Source: Actinomycetota bacterium (GTDB taxonomy: Bacteria > Actinomycetota > Coriobacteriia > Anaerosomatales > PHET01). Taken from it: DNA of 64,000 nucleotides. Positions within the stretch are counted from its first letter, which is position 1. The number at the start of each line of letters is the position of its first letter. Shown piece by piece: positions 50,795 through 59,564 of this stretch. The translations under genes and the position numbers were made by a program. Under the pieces are notes generated by a model that was given only the letters and a program-made list of their open reading frames with translations, had not been told where the DNA came from and did not search any database. Location of the stretch: contig JAJUJM010000004.1 in assembly GCA_029265315.1 (NCBI GenBank), forward strand, positions 13,032 through 77,031, written 5' to 3'.

Positions 50795-51163
50795 CTACCC
50801 TTGCGATTCTTCGGTCGGCTCCTCGCTGGTCTCGATGGAGTCGATCTGCAGTTCGCGCCCCTGGAGCAGTGTCACGTTCAGCGAATCACATTCGGGGCAC
50901 AGCATCGTGAAGCGGTCGTGGTCGTACTCGGCTCCGCAGTCGTTGCAGCGCGAGCGTGGCGCGACGTGGGTGACGACGAGGGTCGCGCCTTCGGCGATGG
51001 TGCCCGGCGTGAGGGCCTCGAAGGCGAACTGCAACGCGAACTCCACCACCTCCGTGAGCTCGCCCACGCTGATGCGGATCTCGGTGATACTGTCGGCTCC
51101 CGCGCGCTCCGCGGCCTCGACAGCGGCCTCGAGGATCCCTTGCGTGATGCCCATCTCATGCAT
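50795..51163 (-). CDS. hypA: hydrogenase nickel metallochaperone HypA
   Basis: N-terminal MHE (Ni site) and Zn site CNDCG...CPECD. 122 aa. Confidence 0.9.
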   Translation of the reverse strand: MHEMGITQGILEAAVEAAERAGADSITEIRISVGELTEVVEFALQFAFEALTPGTIAEGATLVVTHVAPRSRCNDCGAEYDHDRFTMLCPECDSLNVTLLQGRELQIDSIETSEEPTEESQG

Positions 51164-51181
51164 GTCAGGGTCGCTTTCCCA

Positions 51182-51961
51182 CTACGACGCGGCCTCGGCC
51201 GCGAGCGCTTCCTGCTCCTTGATGCGCTTCGCGAAGGCCAGGCGAGCGAACAGCAGGCTCCCCTCGTAGAGGAGCACGAGCGAGCCGCCCAGGAAGCCCA
51301 TCGTCACAGGGGACCAGTCGGGTGTGGCGACCGCCGCTACCACGGCCAGACCGCTGTACGCGAACCGCCAGTTCTGTCGGAGCTTTCGGTATGGGATCAA
51401 CCCGAAACCGATGGAGTAGAACACGACGATGGGTATCTCGAACGCCAGCCCGAAGCCGACCATCAGAAGTGTGATGCCGGTGAGGAAGCGGTCCGCCGAC
51501 GGCAGCAGGGTGATCATCTCGCCACCCTGCGCGAACATGAACTCGAACGCCGGCCTCATGATCACGCCGTATGCGAAACCGGCACCCGCCAGGAACAACA
51601 CCACCGCGGCGAAGAACGTGGGAACCACCCACCTGCGCTCGTTGGGGCGCAACGCGGGCAGGAAGAACGCCATCACCTGCCAGATGATGACCGGGCTGAA
51701 CACCACGATCGCCGCGAACAGCGACACCTTGAAGCGGAAGGTGAAGGTCTCGAAGGGCCCGAAGACCGTGAGGCCCTGCTCCGGCAGCATGTCACGAATC
51801 GGAGCGAGGACCCACGTGAAGACCCACGTGAAGAACGGATCGAAGTACAGCACCGTCGAGCCCACGAAGAGCGTGAGGGCGATCACGACGAGCCGCTGTC
51901 TGAGCTCAGCGACGTGCTCGAAGAACGGGAGCCTTTTGGGTCCGATGGGCATGGTCCGCAT
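51182..51961 (-). CDS. tatC: twin-arginine translocase subunit TatC
   Basis: 259 aa, six TM helices, N-terminal LPFFEHVAELRQRL motif. Confidence 0.9.
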   Translation of the reverse strand: MRTMPIGPKRLPFFEHVAELRQRLVVIALTLFVGSTVLYFDPFFTWVFTWVLAPIRDMLPEQGLTVFGPFETFTFRFKVSLFAAIVVFSPVIIWQVMAFFLPALRPNERRWVVPTFFAAVVLFLAGAGFAYGVIMRPAFEFMFAQGGEMITLLPSADRFLTGITLLMVGFGLAFEIPIVVFYSIGFGLIPYRKLRQNWRFAYSGLAVVAAVATPDWSPVTMGFLGGSLVLLYEGSLLFARLAFAKRIKEQEALAAEAAS

Positions 51962-51971
51962 TCAACGAGGA

Positions 51972-52286
51972 CTACTCCTCGTCTTCCTCCTCGTCATCCT
52001 CGTCGGTCGACGCCCAGATGGTAGCGGCTTGCGTCAGCTGAGCCGTCGGCTCAGTCTGGCCTTCCGCCCGGGCGGCCAGCTCCTCTTCCCGCTTGCGAGC
52101 CGCCTCGTCAGAGTCCCGCATGTACATCTCGGCGCGGATGATCCGCTCCATGTCTTCCTGGGCGCGCTTGAACGTCCCCATCGCCCGCCCGATGGTGCGT
52201 CCGAGTTCGGGCAGCTTGTCGGGGCCGAAGATGATCAGCACGAAGGCGATGACGATGAGCAGCTCAAAGCCGCTGATGCCGAACAA
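51972..52286 (-). CDS. tatA: twin-arginine translocase TatA/E-family protein
   Basis: TTG at 52286 follows a GAAGGTGGG SD. (M)FGISGFELLIVIAFVLIIFGPDKLPELGR is followed by an acidic tail. The N-terminal extension in the track was rejected. Confidence 0.85.
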   Translation of the reverse strand: MFGISGFELLIVIAFVLIIFGPDKLPELGRTIGRAMGTFKRAQEDMERIIRAEMYMRDSDEAARKREEELAARAEGQTEPTAQLTQAATIWASTDEDDEEEDEE

Positions 52287-52384
52287 TGACCCACCTTCTC
52301 GTCGTAGTCCGGCGGGCGGCGACCATGCGGTGGCTGGACGAGCTGCCACACGGCGGTGCCGGCCGCCGTCGTGTCGTACCGGTC

Positions 52385-52720
52385 CTAGAACCGAGCGGCC
52401 TCGGAGATGTCAGCGAAGATCGGGAACACCTTGTCGAGACCGGTGATGCGGAAGATCTTGAGGATGTTGTCGCGCGTGCAGACGACCCGCACCGCCCCGT
52501 CCCGCTCACGCGCCCGCCTCAGGCCACTCACCAAGACACCCAGGCCCGAGCTGTCGATGAATCCGACCCTGTCCAGATCGACGATCACGTTGACGCAGCC
52601 GCCCTCGATCGCGGCGACCAGAGCCTCTTTGAGTCGGGGGGCCGTATACACATCGATCTCCCCGTCGATCCTCATCGTACACACATCACCGGAGACATCG
52701 GTGCTGATATCTAGCTCCAT
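52385..52720 (-). CDS. STAS-domain anti-sigma-factor antagonist
   Basis: 111 aa with DLDRVGFIDSSGLGVLV (phosphorylatable Ser context). Confidence 0.85.
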   Translation of the reverse strand: MELDISTDVSGDVCTMRIDGEIDVYTAPRLKEALVAAIEGGCVNVIVDLDRVGFIDSSGLGVLVSGLRRARERDGAVRVVCTRDNILKIFRITGLDKVFPIFADISEAARF

Positions 52721-52869
52721 GGTCGGCTGCTCCCGCTGTGGTCGGCGATTCAGTGAGAGCGATTGTACCGCTGGTCCAGACGCCTCGCCACTCGCGCACG
52801 AAGGTGTTTGTGGAGAATCGCGCTCGTCGGGGTACCATCCTTATGCACCCGACCCCAAGGAAGGACGAC

Positions 52870-53217
52870 ATGGCGCTAACCATCGACCTCGCGCAGGACA
52901 CCGACAGTTGGACCCTCACGCTTCGAGGCGATCTGGACTATGGCGAGTGTGCCGGGTTCCGCATGAACATCGATCGCATCCTCAAGTCCTCGCCGGCGGC
53001 GACCATCGTGGACCTGTCGGGCCTCGAATACCTGGATTCCTCAGGACTCGGGCTGCTGCTCGCGCTGTCCAAGGAGTATGGCGCACAAGGCGGCAAGCTC
53101 GTCCTCGTCACGAACGAGACGGTGGACAACATCCTGTCCCTCACGCGACTGAACGGCATCTTCGCCACTGCGAGCACCCTCGAAGAGGCCCGTCAGATCG
53201 CGGTCCCGGGCGACTGA
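52870..53217 (+). CDS. STAS-domain anti-sigma-factor antagonist
   Basis: ATG at 52870 follows an AGGAAGGA SD. Contains DLSGLEYLDSSGLGLLL. 115 aa. Divergent from the preceding STAS gene. Confidence 0.85.
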   Translation: MALTIDLAQDTDSWTLTLRGDLDYGECAGFRMNIDRILKSSPAATIVDLSGLEYLDSSGLGLLLALSKEYGAQGGKLVLVTNETVDNILSLTRLNGIFATASTLEEARQIAVPGD

Positions 53218-53256
53218 CCCTGCGGCCCGGACCTGCGGCCCGGACGTACTGCCGCG

Positions 53257-53970
53257 CTACGGCGTAGCTGTCGTGACCTGACCTTTGAGGCGCGCGATCT
53301 CGCTCTTCGCGAAAGCGGGGTCGCCACCCCGAGCCCCGTCCGGGTCGAGCTGAAGGTACTTCTCGTAAGCGGCGACGGCCTTGTCAGCCTCGCCCAACGC
53401 GTTATAGAACACGCCGAGATTGAAGTAGGCAGGACCGAAATCGGGTGTGTCCTTCGTGACCTGTTCGGCGGTCTTGATGGCGGCATTGGTCTCGCCCGTG
53501 TAGAAGAGCGTGATCGCGTAGTCGACCGTCACAGGCGCCTCGCCTTGTTTCACCGCGAGGGCCCGCTCGTATGCGTCCTTGGCAGCGACCCATAGCGGCT
53601 GATCGGCACCGATCGTCGCGCTGTCCGTCTGACTGGCCTGCTGCAGCTGAATCGCCCAGTCGAAATAGGTGTTGCCCAAGCTGACCAGAACCGGATAGCT
53701 CTCCGGTTCACTTTGCAGCTGCGCGGTGAGCGAAGCGACCGTCGGCTGGAACTGCTGATCGATCGACTCGCGAGTGCTCAACTGACCCGGCTGGTTCGCC
53801 GTGCCGTTCCCCCCAGAGAAGGCGTTGCCGAACAGGGGTATGAAACTCGCCACGAACGCGATGATCAGGAAGATCAGGATCACTTTGACGCCGAGCGACG
53901 TCTGGGCCTTGTTGAGTGCCACAGGCGACCTCCTGGTGAAGAGAGGACAGGTCACGGGCCCGGCGCTCAC
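53257..53970 (-). CDS. membrane-anchored TPR-repeat protein
   Basis: One N-terminal TM (VKVILIFLIIAFVASFIPLF) followed by TPR-like repeats (LGNTYFD..., AYFNLGVFYNALGEADKAVAAYEKYLQLDP). Start uncertain. Confidence 0.65.
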   Translation of the reverse strand: MSAGPVTCPLFTRRSPVALNKAQTSLGVKVILIFLIIAFVASFIPLFGNAFSGGNGTANQPGQLSTRESIDQQFQPTVASLTAQLQSEPESYPVLVSLGNTYFDWAIQLQQASQTDSATIGADQPLWVAAKDAYERALAVKQGEAPVTVDYAITLFYTGETNAAIKTAEQVTKDTPDFGPAYFNLGVFYNALGEADKAVAAYEKYLQLDPDGARGGDPAFAKSEIARLKGQVTTATP

Positions 53971-54012
53971 CCTTCGGAACAGGGAGATGCCGGGCCCGTC
54001 CGGGTCGAGACG

Positions 54013-54444
54013 CTACTCCTTGCCGTCCGCAGGCTGGTCACCCTCGGCCGGCTTGTCGTCCCCCGCATCAGGCGTGCCGGTCGCTCCCATCGCTCCACCG
54101 ATCTGCGGGTGGCCCGGCGGAAGCTCACCGCCCTGGAGCTGCTCAGGAGTCAGTTGCGGGGCGGTCTGGCCCGTGCTGGGCATGCCGGTGGTCGGTACTG
54201 TCGGGGTGCTGACCCCGGGAGCGGCGATACCGCGACCTATGAAGATGCCGATGATCACGCCAAGAAGCGCCGTGACGACTCCGATGAGCACGGTCACGGT
54301 CAGGGTGACGCTCTGCTCGCCGGCGGCCACGGGTGCAGCTGATGCCGCCTTGGACGCGGCCTTCGCCGGCGCGCTCTTCTTGGCGGCAGCGGGCTGCTCG
54401 GTCTTGGGCTCGTCCTCGTCGAAGAAGAAGTCCTGATCGCTCAC
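54013..54444 (-). CDS. small single-pass membrane protein (Ala/Pro/Gly-rich)
   Basis: 143 aa. Acidic N-terminus, one TM (VTVLIGVVTALLGVIIGIFIG), and an extracytoplasmic tail containing ELPPGHPQIGG. Confidence 0.5.
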   Translation of the reverse strand: MSDQDFFFDEDEPKTEQPAAAKKSAPAKAASKAASAAPVAAGEQSVTLTVTVLIGVVTALLGVIIGIFIGRGIAAPGVSTPTVPTTGMPSTGQTAPQLTPEQLQGGELPPGHPQIGGAMGATGTPDAGDDKPAEGDQPADGKE

Positions 54445-54604
54445 GTTCGTCTATCCTCCTGTGTCGGACGGACGCCCGCGAAAGACGCCCGCGCCCGTGC
54501 CTGCCTGAACCTCGCGTAGTATAGCATCGCGCGCGCACCGCGCCAGAAGCTCATCCGCGCGCCTGAGCAGCAACGAATGCGCCAAGAGGTCACACCGTCA
54601 CACG

Positions 54605-55951
54605 TCAGCCCCGAAGCTTCATCCTGAGCTCCTCGGCCCGACTGTACAACCGTTGCGGATCGAGCCTGCTCCAGGAGTGCCGCTGGTAGAGGACCTCGCC
54701 CGCCACCATCGTCCAGAGCACGTTCTCCTGGTTCGCGGTGTGGACGAGCGTGCTGTAGGGATAGTGTGTAGGCACCTGGTGGCTCTCAGACAGGTCGACG
54801 GCGATGATATCGGCCTGCTTGCCGGGCTCGAGTGAGCCCACGCGGTCCTCGATGCCCAAGGCACGTGCCGAGTCCAGCGTGGCCATCTTGACGAACTGCC
54901 TGGCCGGAACGAACCGTTCCTCGCCGAGCAGCGCGCGCTGCACCAGCAAGCCGATACGCATCTCCTCGAACTCGTCCATCGAGTTGCTCGCAGCCGGCGA
55001 GTCCGTCCCAAGACCCACGCGGACGCCCGCAGCGAACAGCTTGGCGAGCGGTGCGGTACCCATCCCCAACTTCGCGTTGCAGCGCGGACAGTGCGCGACC
55101 GCGACATCACGCGACGCCAACACCTCGATGTCCGCATCGTCGATCTGCGTGCAGTGGACAGCGAGGACGTTGGGGGCGTCGAGTATGTCCCACTGCAACA
55201 CGTAGCGAACCGGGCTGACCCCGGTGGGCAGCCACAGCGGCGCGTGCGAATCGAAGGTGTCCCTGACATCGGTGGCGAGCATCGACGAGCCGTACTTCAC
55301 GAACTGGTACTCTTCGCGACTGCCCGCAAGGTGCATCGCCACCGGCGTGCCGTCGGCGGCGAAGCCGGCCACCGCACGGAAGAGCTCCGGGTGACACGAG
55401 TACGGCGCATGCGGCGCGATACCGGCGACGATCCGCTCCGCGCCTGTGGCGCTCCGCCAAGACTCGACGTCTTCGGTCGCCCGTCTCATCACCTCCGCCA
55501 CCTTCGGCTTCTCCATCGTGGCGACTTCGCGGTAGACGACGCCGCGAAGCCCCGACATGACCGCGGCACGGAACGACGCCCCGCTCGCGGTGATGTCGGC
55601 TATCGTGGTGATCCCGGATTGAAGCGCCTCGAGAGCGCCGAGCTGCGCGGAGTCCTCCCAGTCCTGTTCGCTGAAGAGCCTCTCCTTCTGAAGCAGCTGG
55701 AGCTTCCATCGCGAGTACGGCACATCGTCCACAAGGCCCCGCATGGCGGTGTACTCGAGGTGGGTATGGGCATCGATGAAACCGGGCATCAGCGCCGCGA
55801 GACCGAAATCGGTGACCGGTTCGTCCGGGTGGAGTTGCTTGAGGCGATCAGCCTCGCCGATCTCGACGATGGAGTCCCCGTGCACGAGCACCGCACCGTG
55901 CTCGATGTGTGGTGCGGCGATAGGGAGCACGTAACGGGCGGTGAGCAACAT
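54605..55951 (-). CDS. amidohydrolase-superfamily deaminase (MTA/SAH- or aminofutalosine-deaminase-like)
   Basis: ATG at 55951 follows a GAAGGGGA SD (MLLTARYVLPI...). Metal ligands GFIDAHTHLE, MHLAGS and GLGTDS are present. The 101-aa extension in the track was rejected. Confidence 0.8.
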   Translation of the reverse strand: MLLTARYVLPIAAPHIEHGAVLVHGDSIVEIGEADRLKQLHPDEPVTDFGLAALMPGFIDAHTHLEYTAMRGLVDDVPYSRWKLQLLQKERLFSEQDWEDSAQLGALEALQSGITTIADITASGASFRAAVMSGLRGVVYREVATMEKPKVAEVMRRATEDVESWRSATGAERIVAGIAPHAPYSCHPELFRAVAGFAADGTPVAMHLAGSREEYQFVKYGSSMLATDVRDTFDSHAPLWLPTGVSPVRYVLQWDILDAPNVLAVHCTQIDDADIEVLASRDVAVAHCPRCNAKLGMGTAPLAKLFAAGVRVGLGTDSPAASNSMDEFEEMRIGLLVQRALLGEERFVPARQFVKMATLDSARALGIEDRVGSLEPGKQADIIAVDLSESHQVPTHYPYSTLVHTANQENVLWTMVAGEVLYQRHSWSRLDPQRLYSRAEELRMKLRG

Positions 55952-56034
55952 GGCGCCAATCCCCTTCGGGCGTCGTTTGAGAAGTCTCCCGCCGATTCTA
56001 CCGCACGCATGCGGCACCAGCCGCCCGGCCTCTT

Positions 56035-56766
56035 CTATCTCAGCGCCGTGTGCAGTGCGACGATGCCGCCCGTGAGATCGCGCCACGAGATGACCGAGAA
56101 CCCGGCGGCGCGCAGCTCGGCCGCCAGCTCCGCCTGATCGGGGAAACGCCGGATCGAGTCGTTCAGGTAGACGAATCCGTCGCGTTGACCGGTGAGCAGA
56201 CCGCCGATCGCCGGGACGGCATGCCGCAGGTAGACGTGGTACAGGCCACGCCACGGCGCGAAGGGCGGGTGCGAGAACTCCAGGACCACGTAGCGACCGC
56301 CCGGCCTGAGCACGCGACGGACCTCAGCGAAGTTCGCCGCGCGATCGGGCAGGTTGCGGACCCCGAACGCGACGGTCACGACATCGAACTCCTCATCGCC
56401 GAACGGCAGGTCCTGCGCGTCCGCGAGCTCGACAGTGAGTTGTGTCGACCCCTCGTAGCGTGCGATCTTCTCGCGCGCGACATCGAGCATCTCGGGGGTG
56501 AAGTCGGTCACCACGACGGCGGCCGGGGCCGCCTGACGCGCGATCGCAAGCGCCACATCGCCCGTACCCGCACACAGGTCGAGCACCCGGTCTTCCGGTC
56601 GCAGAGCACAGGCACGGACGAGTTCACGGCGCCACAGGCGGTCGATACCCAGCGATGCGAGCATATTGAACGAGTCGTAACGGTCAGCGATGGTTGAGAA
56701 GATGCCCTGAACGCGCTCGGTGGTCGCCTCGCCCGGAGCAGGCTCATCGTGTGTCATGCGCAACAA
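56035..56766 (-). CDS. menG: demethylmenaquinone/ubiquinone C-methyltransferase
   Basis: UbiE/MenG signature FSTIADRYDSFNMLASLGIDRLWRR and SAM motif VLDLCAGTGD. 243 aa. Confidence 0.88.
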   Translation of the reverse strand: MLRMTHDEPAPGEATTERVQGIFSTIADRYDSFNMLASLGIDRLWRRELVRACALRPEDRVLDLCAGTGDVALAIARQAAPAAVVVTDFTPEMLDVAREKIARYEGSTQLTVELADAQDLPFGDEEFDVVTVAFGVRNLPDRAANFAEVRRVLRPGGRYVVLEFSHPPFAPWRGLYHVYLRHAVPAIGGLLTGQRDGFVYLNDSIRRFPDQAELAAELRAAGFSVISWRDLTGGIVALHTALR

Positions 56767-56772
56767 GGTCCT

Positions 56773-58590
56773 TTATGCCTCGCCGGCTTCGTATGCGGTC
56801 CGCGCCGTGTGGCCGGCATGCTGGTCGGACTTCGCCGGCGGCACGATTCCCTTGAGGTGGCCGACGACGTTGTTGACATTCTCTCTCAACCACAGCCCGG
56901 CGGCAGCTGCGACATGCCGGATCTCGACTGAGTGGGGCCAGTTGAGCTCGGACTTCTCGCATACGGTGGACTGCGATAGCCGTTCGGACTCGTACTTGAG
57001 CGCCCATAGGGCGGGCTCACGAAGAGGTTCGGGCCCTGCCATGATCTCATCTATACGATTCAGCACGAGTCGCGCTTCCAGGATGCGCGACTCGGTACGT
57101 GCTGCGGTAGCTCTGTCGATGATGCCGGCCGCCGCCTTGGTGCGATTGACGGACAGGCCCGCGTCGTAGGTGGCATCGGCCATCTCGTCCGGACCCATCG
57201 CGGCGCTCTCGTAGTTCATGATGTACTTCCAAGACGGCATCACGAGTCGCTGCCGGTGCTCTTCCAGCGTACGCGCCCTCAGCGTGTAGCCATACTCAGA
57301 CGGGTTGTCGAACGCTCGGGAACCGGGATCGAGGAACGGCGCCATCGGGCTCACGAAACACAGAAGCCGCGGGTCGTTGCCGACGGACTCGTACAGATGA
57401 CGGATGTAGTTGGCGGTCTCACGCACCGACGCCGCCGTCTGCGTCGGGATGCCCGTCATGAAGTACAGGTCGAAGCGGCTGCACCCGTTCTTGAGCGCGT
57501 CTTTGACCGTCTGCTCGACCTGGGCCATCGTGTAGTGACTCTTGCCGAACGCCGCGCGCACGTCGTCGTCGTGGCTCTCGACGCTGATCTCCACCGACCA
57601 GTCGTCCAGATGGGCGTCGAGAAACTGGTAGAACTCCTCGTGTGGCGGCTTGAAGAACTCGAAGCCGATGGGGTTTCGCATCCCGATGCGCTGGAGCCCC
57701 TTCACGAAATCGCGCGTGTACTCTCGGCCGGCTTGGAGGAAGTCGTTCAAGACGAACATCGGGCCGGGGATGTAGCGCTGGATGTGCTCGATGTCGCGCA
57801 CGAGAAGCTCCGGGTCGCGAAACGCCACCCGGTCGCGCCCGAAGTGCTCGCGGAACGAATAGGCCGAACCGCCACAAGTCACACAATCGTGCGTGCACCC
57901 CCTGCAGGTGAGCGAAGCGCACACAGGGTACTTCAGCCAGTCCTTGAAGGGGACAACACCCATCATGTCGCGGTAGCGGATGACGGACTTCATGTTGAAG
58001 GAGTAGTCGAGCGAGATGGCGTTCATGTCCGAGGGGACCCAGGACAGGGGGTTCACGTTGACGGCGCCACTCGCATCCTTCCACGTCAGGTTGGGAATCT
58101 CATCGAGCCGGCCGTCGCGCTTGATGGCCTCCACGAGCCGGCGAAAGGGCTCTTCCGTCGAGTCGCCCCGCAGCACGAAATCGACCGCGTCGTAGGAACA
58201 CAGCTCCTCATGGAAGTAGCTCGACGACAGGCCACCGAAGACCACCGGCGTGTCGGGGTGGTACTTCTTGACGATACGGGCGACCTCGACCGACCCGTGA
58301 GCATGAGGCAGCCAGTGCAGGTCGATACCGAACAGTGCCGCATCAAGCCCGCGGATATAGGCTTCGACGTCGAAACCGGGCTTGTTGAGCATCAGCACCG
58401 CGAGATTGACGATGCGGACACGCACCCCGTGGCGCTCTAGATACTCCGCCATCGTCGTGAAGCCCAGCGGGTACATCTCGAAGATCGGCGTCGACGGCAC
58501 CATGTCCGAGACCGGCCCGAACATGATCGAGCGCTCTCGGAAGTCGTACACGGCGGGCGCATGAAGCAAGACGACGTCGACTCTGGGCAT
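56773..58590 (-). CDS. B12-binding-domain radical SAM protein (class B), function unknown
   Basis: 605 aa. An N-terminal Rossmann-like B12 domain (VVLLHAP...VVFGGLSSSY) is followed by CTHDCVTC (CX3CX2C) and a long C-terminal extension. Its stop lies 6 nt before menG. Confidence 0.75.
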   Translation of the reverse strand: MPRVDVVLLHAPAVYDFRERSIMFGPVSDMVPSTPIFEMYPLGFTTMAEYLERHGVRVRIVNLAVLMLNKPGFDVEAYIRGLDAALFGIDLHWLPHAHGSVEVARIVKKYHPDTPVVFGGLSSSYFHEELCSYDAVDFVLRGDSTEEPFRRLVEAIKRDGRLDEIPNLTWKDASGAVNVNPLSWVPSDMNAISLDYSFNMKSVIRYRDMMGVVPFKDWLKYPVCASLTCRGCTHDCVTCGGSAYSFREHFGRDRVAFRDPELLVRDIEHIQRYIPGPMFVLNDFLQAGREYTRDFVKGLQRIGMRNPIGFEFFKPPHEEFYQFLDAHLDDWSVEISVESHDDDVRAAFGKSHYTMAQVEQTVKDALKNGCSRFDLYFMTGIPTQTAASVRETANYIRHLYESVGNDPRLLCFVSPMAPFLDPGSRAFDNPSEYGYTLRARTLEEHRQRLVMPSWKYIMNYESAAMGPDEMADATYDAGLSVNRTKAAAGIIDRATAARTESRILEARLVLNRIDEIMAGPEPLREPALWALKYESERLSQSTVCEKSELNWPHSVEIRHVAAAAGLWLRENVNNVVGHLKGIVPPAKSDQHAGHTARTAYEAGEA

Positions 58591-58824
58591 GCTGAGGCGG
58601 GTCCTTTCCTATGCACGGTATGTCCGGACCCCTGCGACGGCTCTTGCGCCGCACCCCTCGCCAGCGCCTGGTCGACGCACGCGAGAGGCGAGTGTAGCAC
58701 GACGCGCAGGGTGACCGACAGAACATGTGCGCGTCGCCGTATTCGACGCAAGAGGCGAGTCACCTGCTCGCGGCGTTCATCCCGCGACTTCTCTCGCGAT
58801 ACGGAGTGGCTCCCGTGATGAGCA

Positions 58825-58851
58825 GGGCCCCGTCCGCAGTGGACGGGGCCC
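58825..58851 (-). terminator. GC-rich hairpin terminator downstream of cytochrome gene
   Basis: Perfect 11-bp stem GGGCCCCGTCC-5 nt loop-GGACGGGGCCC, 33 nt after the stop at 58884. No clear U-tract. Confidence 0.5.
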
Positions 58852-58883
58852 CACAAGTCACACCGAGAGAATCAGTGTGCTCC

Positions 58884-59552
58884 TTACGGCAGACCCTTGA
58901 GCAGGAGCTCCCAGCCCATGGTCGTGCCGGATCCGTACGTACCGAGCGGCAGCGGAGACGTGGTGGTCGTCTTCGCGAACGCAGGATTGTCGCCGTTCCA
59001 GTACGTCGCATCGCCGTGACAATCGATGCACACGGAGTCCAGGTTCTCGACTGCGGCGTTCTCAAGAGCGCCGGAGTCAGTCTGAACCGCCGGGATGATC
59101 GACGTGCCGTTGCGGGTCTCGCCCGTCCACAGCGCGAAGTCGGTACCGCTGAACTTCGCCGCGTCGCCAAGCGAGATGGTATCGACCGTGGCGGTGGCAT
59201 TCCCGCCGTTGGTGGTGCGGGTACCGCCGAAGGCCACCGGCGTGCCGTCGAAGTCGACACCGTAGAGCTCGTCCTTCAGCATGTTCGCGCCGAGCGTGCG
59301 GTGCGGGTAGCTGAAGCCTCCGTCGATGCACTTGCCATTGAGGCCGGCGACCGCGCTCTGCTTCAGGTAGGACTGAGCGGCGTAGTTCGTCTTGCCGGAC
59401 ACCGGCGCGGTGATCGTGGCGGTGTAGGCCGCTGAGAAGTTCGAAGTGTCATCCGAGTGACACACGTCGCAGTTGCTCGCACCGATATGGCAGTTGCGGC
59501 AGTGCGGACCCTCGTTGTCGTCACGCCCGTCCCCATCGGTCCCGATGGGCAT
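58884..59552 (-). CDS. multihaem cytochrome c, C-terminal portion (3 CXXCH); probably continuous with 59562..60722
   Basis: Motifs CRNCH, CDVCH and CIDCH. No signal peptide and no SD. Same reading frame as the upstream ORF, separated from it only by TGA plus three codons. Confidence 0.7.
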   Translation of the reverse strand: MPIGTDGDGRDDNEGPHCRNCHIGASNCDVCHSDDTSNFSAAYTATITAPVSGKTNYAAQSYLKQSAVAGLNGKCIDGGFSYPHRTLGANMLKDELYGVDFDGTPVAFGGTRTTNGGNATATVDTISLGDAAKFSGTDFALWTGETRNGTSIIPAVQTDSGALENAAVENLDSVCIDCHGDATYWNGDNPAFAKTTTTSPLPLGTYGSGTTMGWELLLKGLP

Positions 59553-59564
59553 CTGGCGCGCTCA
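59532..59564 (-). other. in-frame TGA (59562-59564) plus downstream hairpin (59532-59549): candidate recoding (SECIS-like) element or nonsense lesion
   Basis: The mRNA reads UGA-GCGCGCCAGAUG-CCCAUCG-GGAC-CGAUGGG. The stem is 7 bp, the spacer is 12 nt, and the apical loop is G-containing. Confidence 0.35.

Noticed and set aside
50069-51163. Inferring a hydrogenase in this window from hypA/hypB.
   Set aside because: No large or small subunit, hypCDEF or maturation protease genes are present. NuoD here has the ordinary complex I sequence context and sits in a full nuo operon.
58591-58883. Cobalamin riboswitch upstream of the B12-type radical SAM gene.
   Set aside because: I looked for a B12-box (GCCACTG on the coding strand, i.e. 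CAGTGGC on plus) and found only CAGTGGA inside the terminator hairpin. No other riboswitch-like conserved core is evident by eye.
58884-59552. Treating the 222-aa 3-haem ORF as an independent gene.
   Set aside because: It has no signal peptide and no SD. It lies in frame with, and 9 nt from, the upstream cytochrome ORF. It is kept as a separate feature only because of the intervening TGA (see findings).
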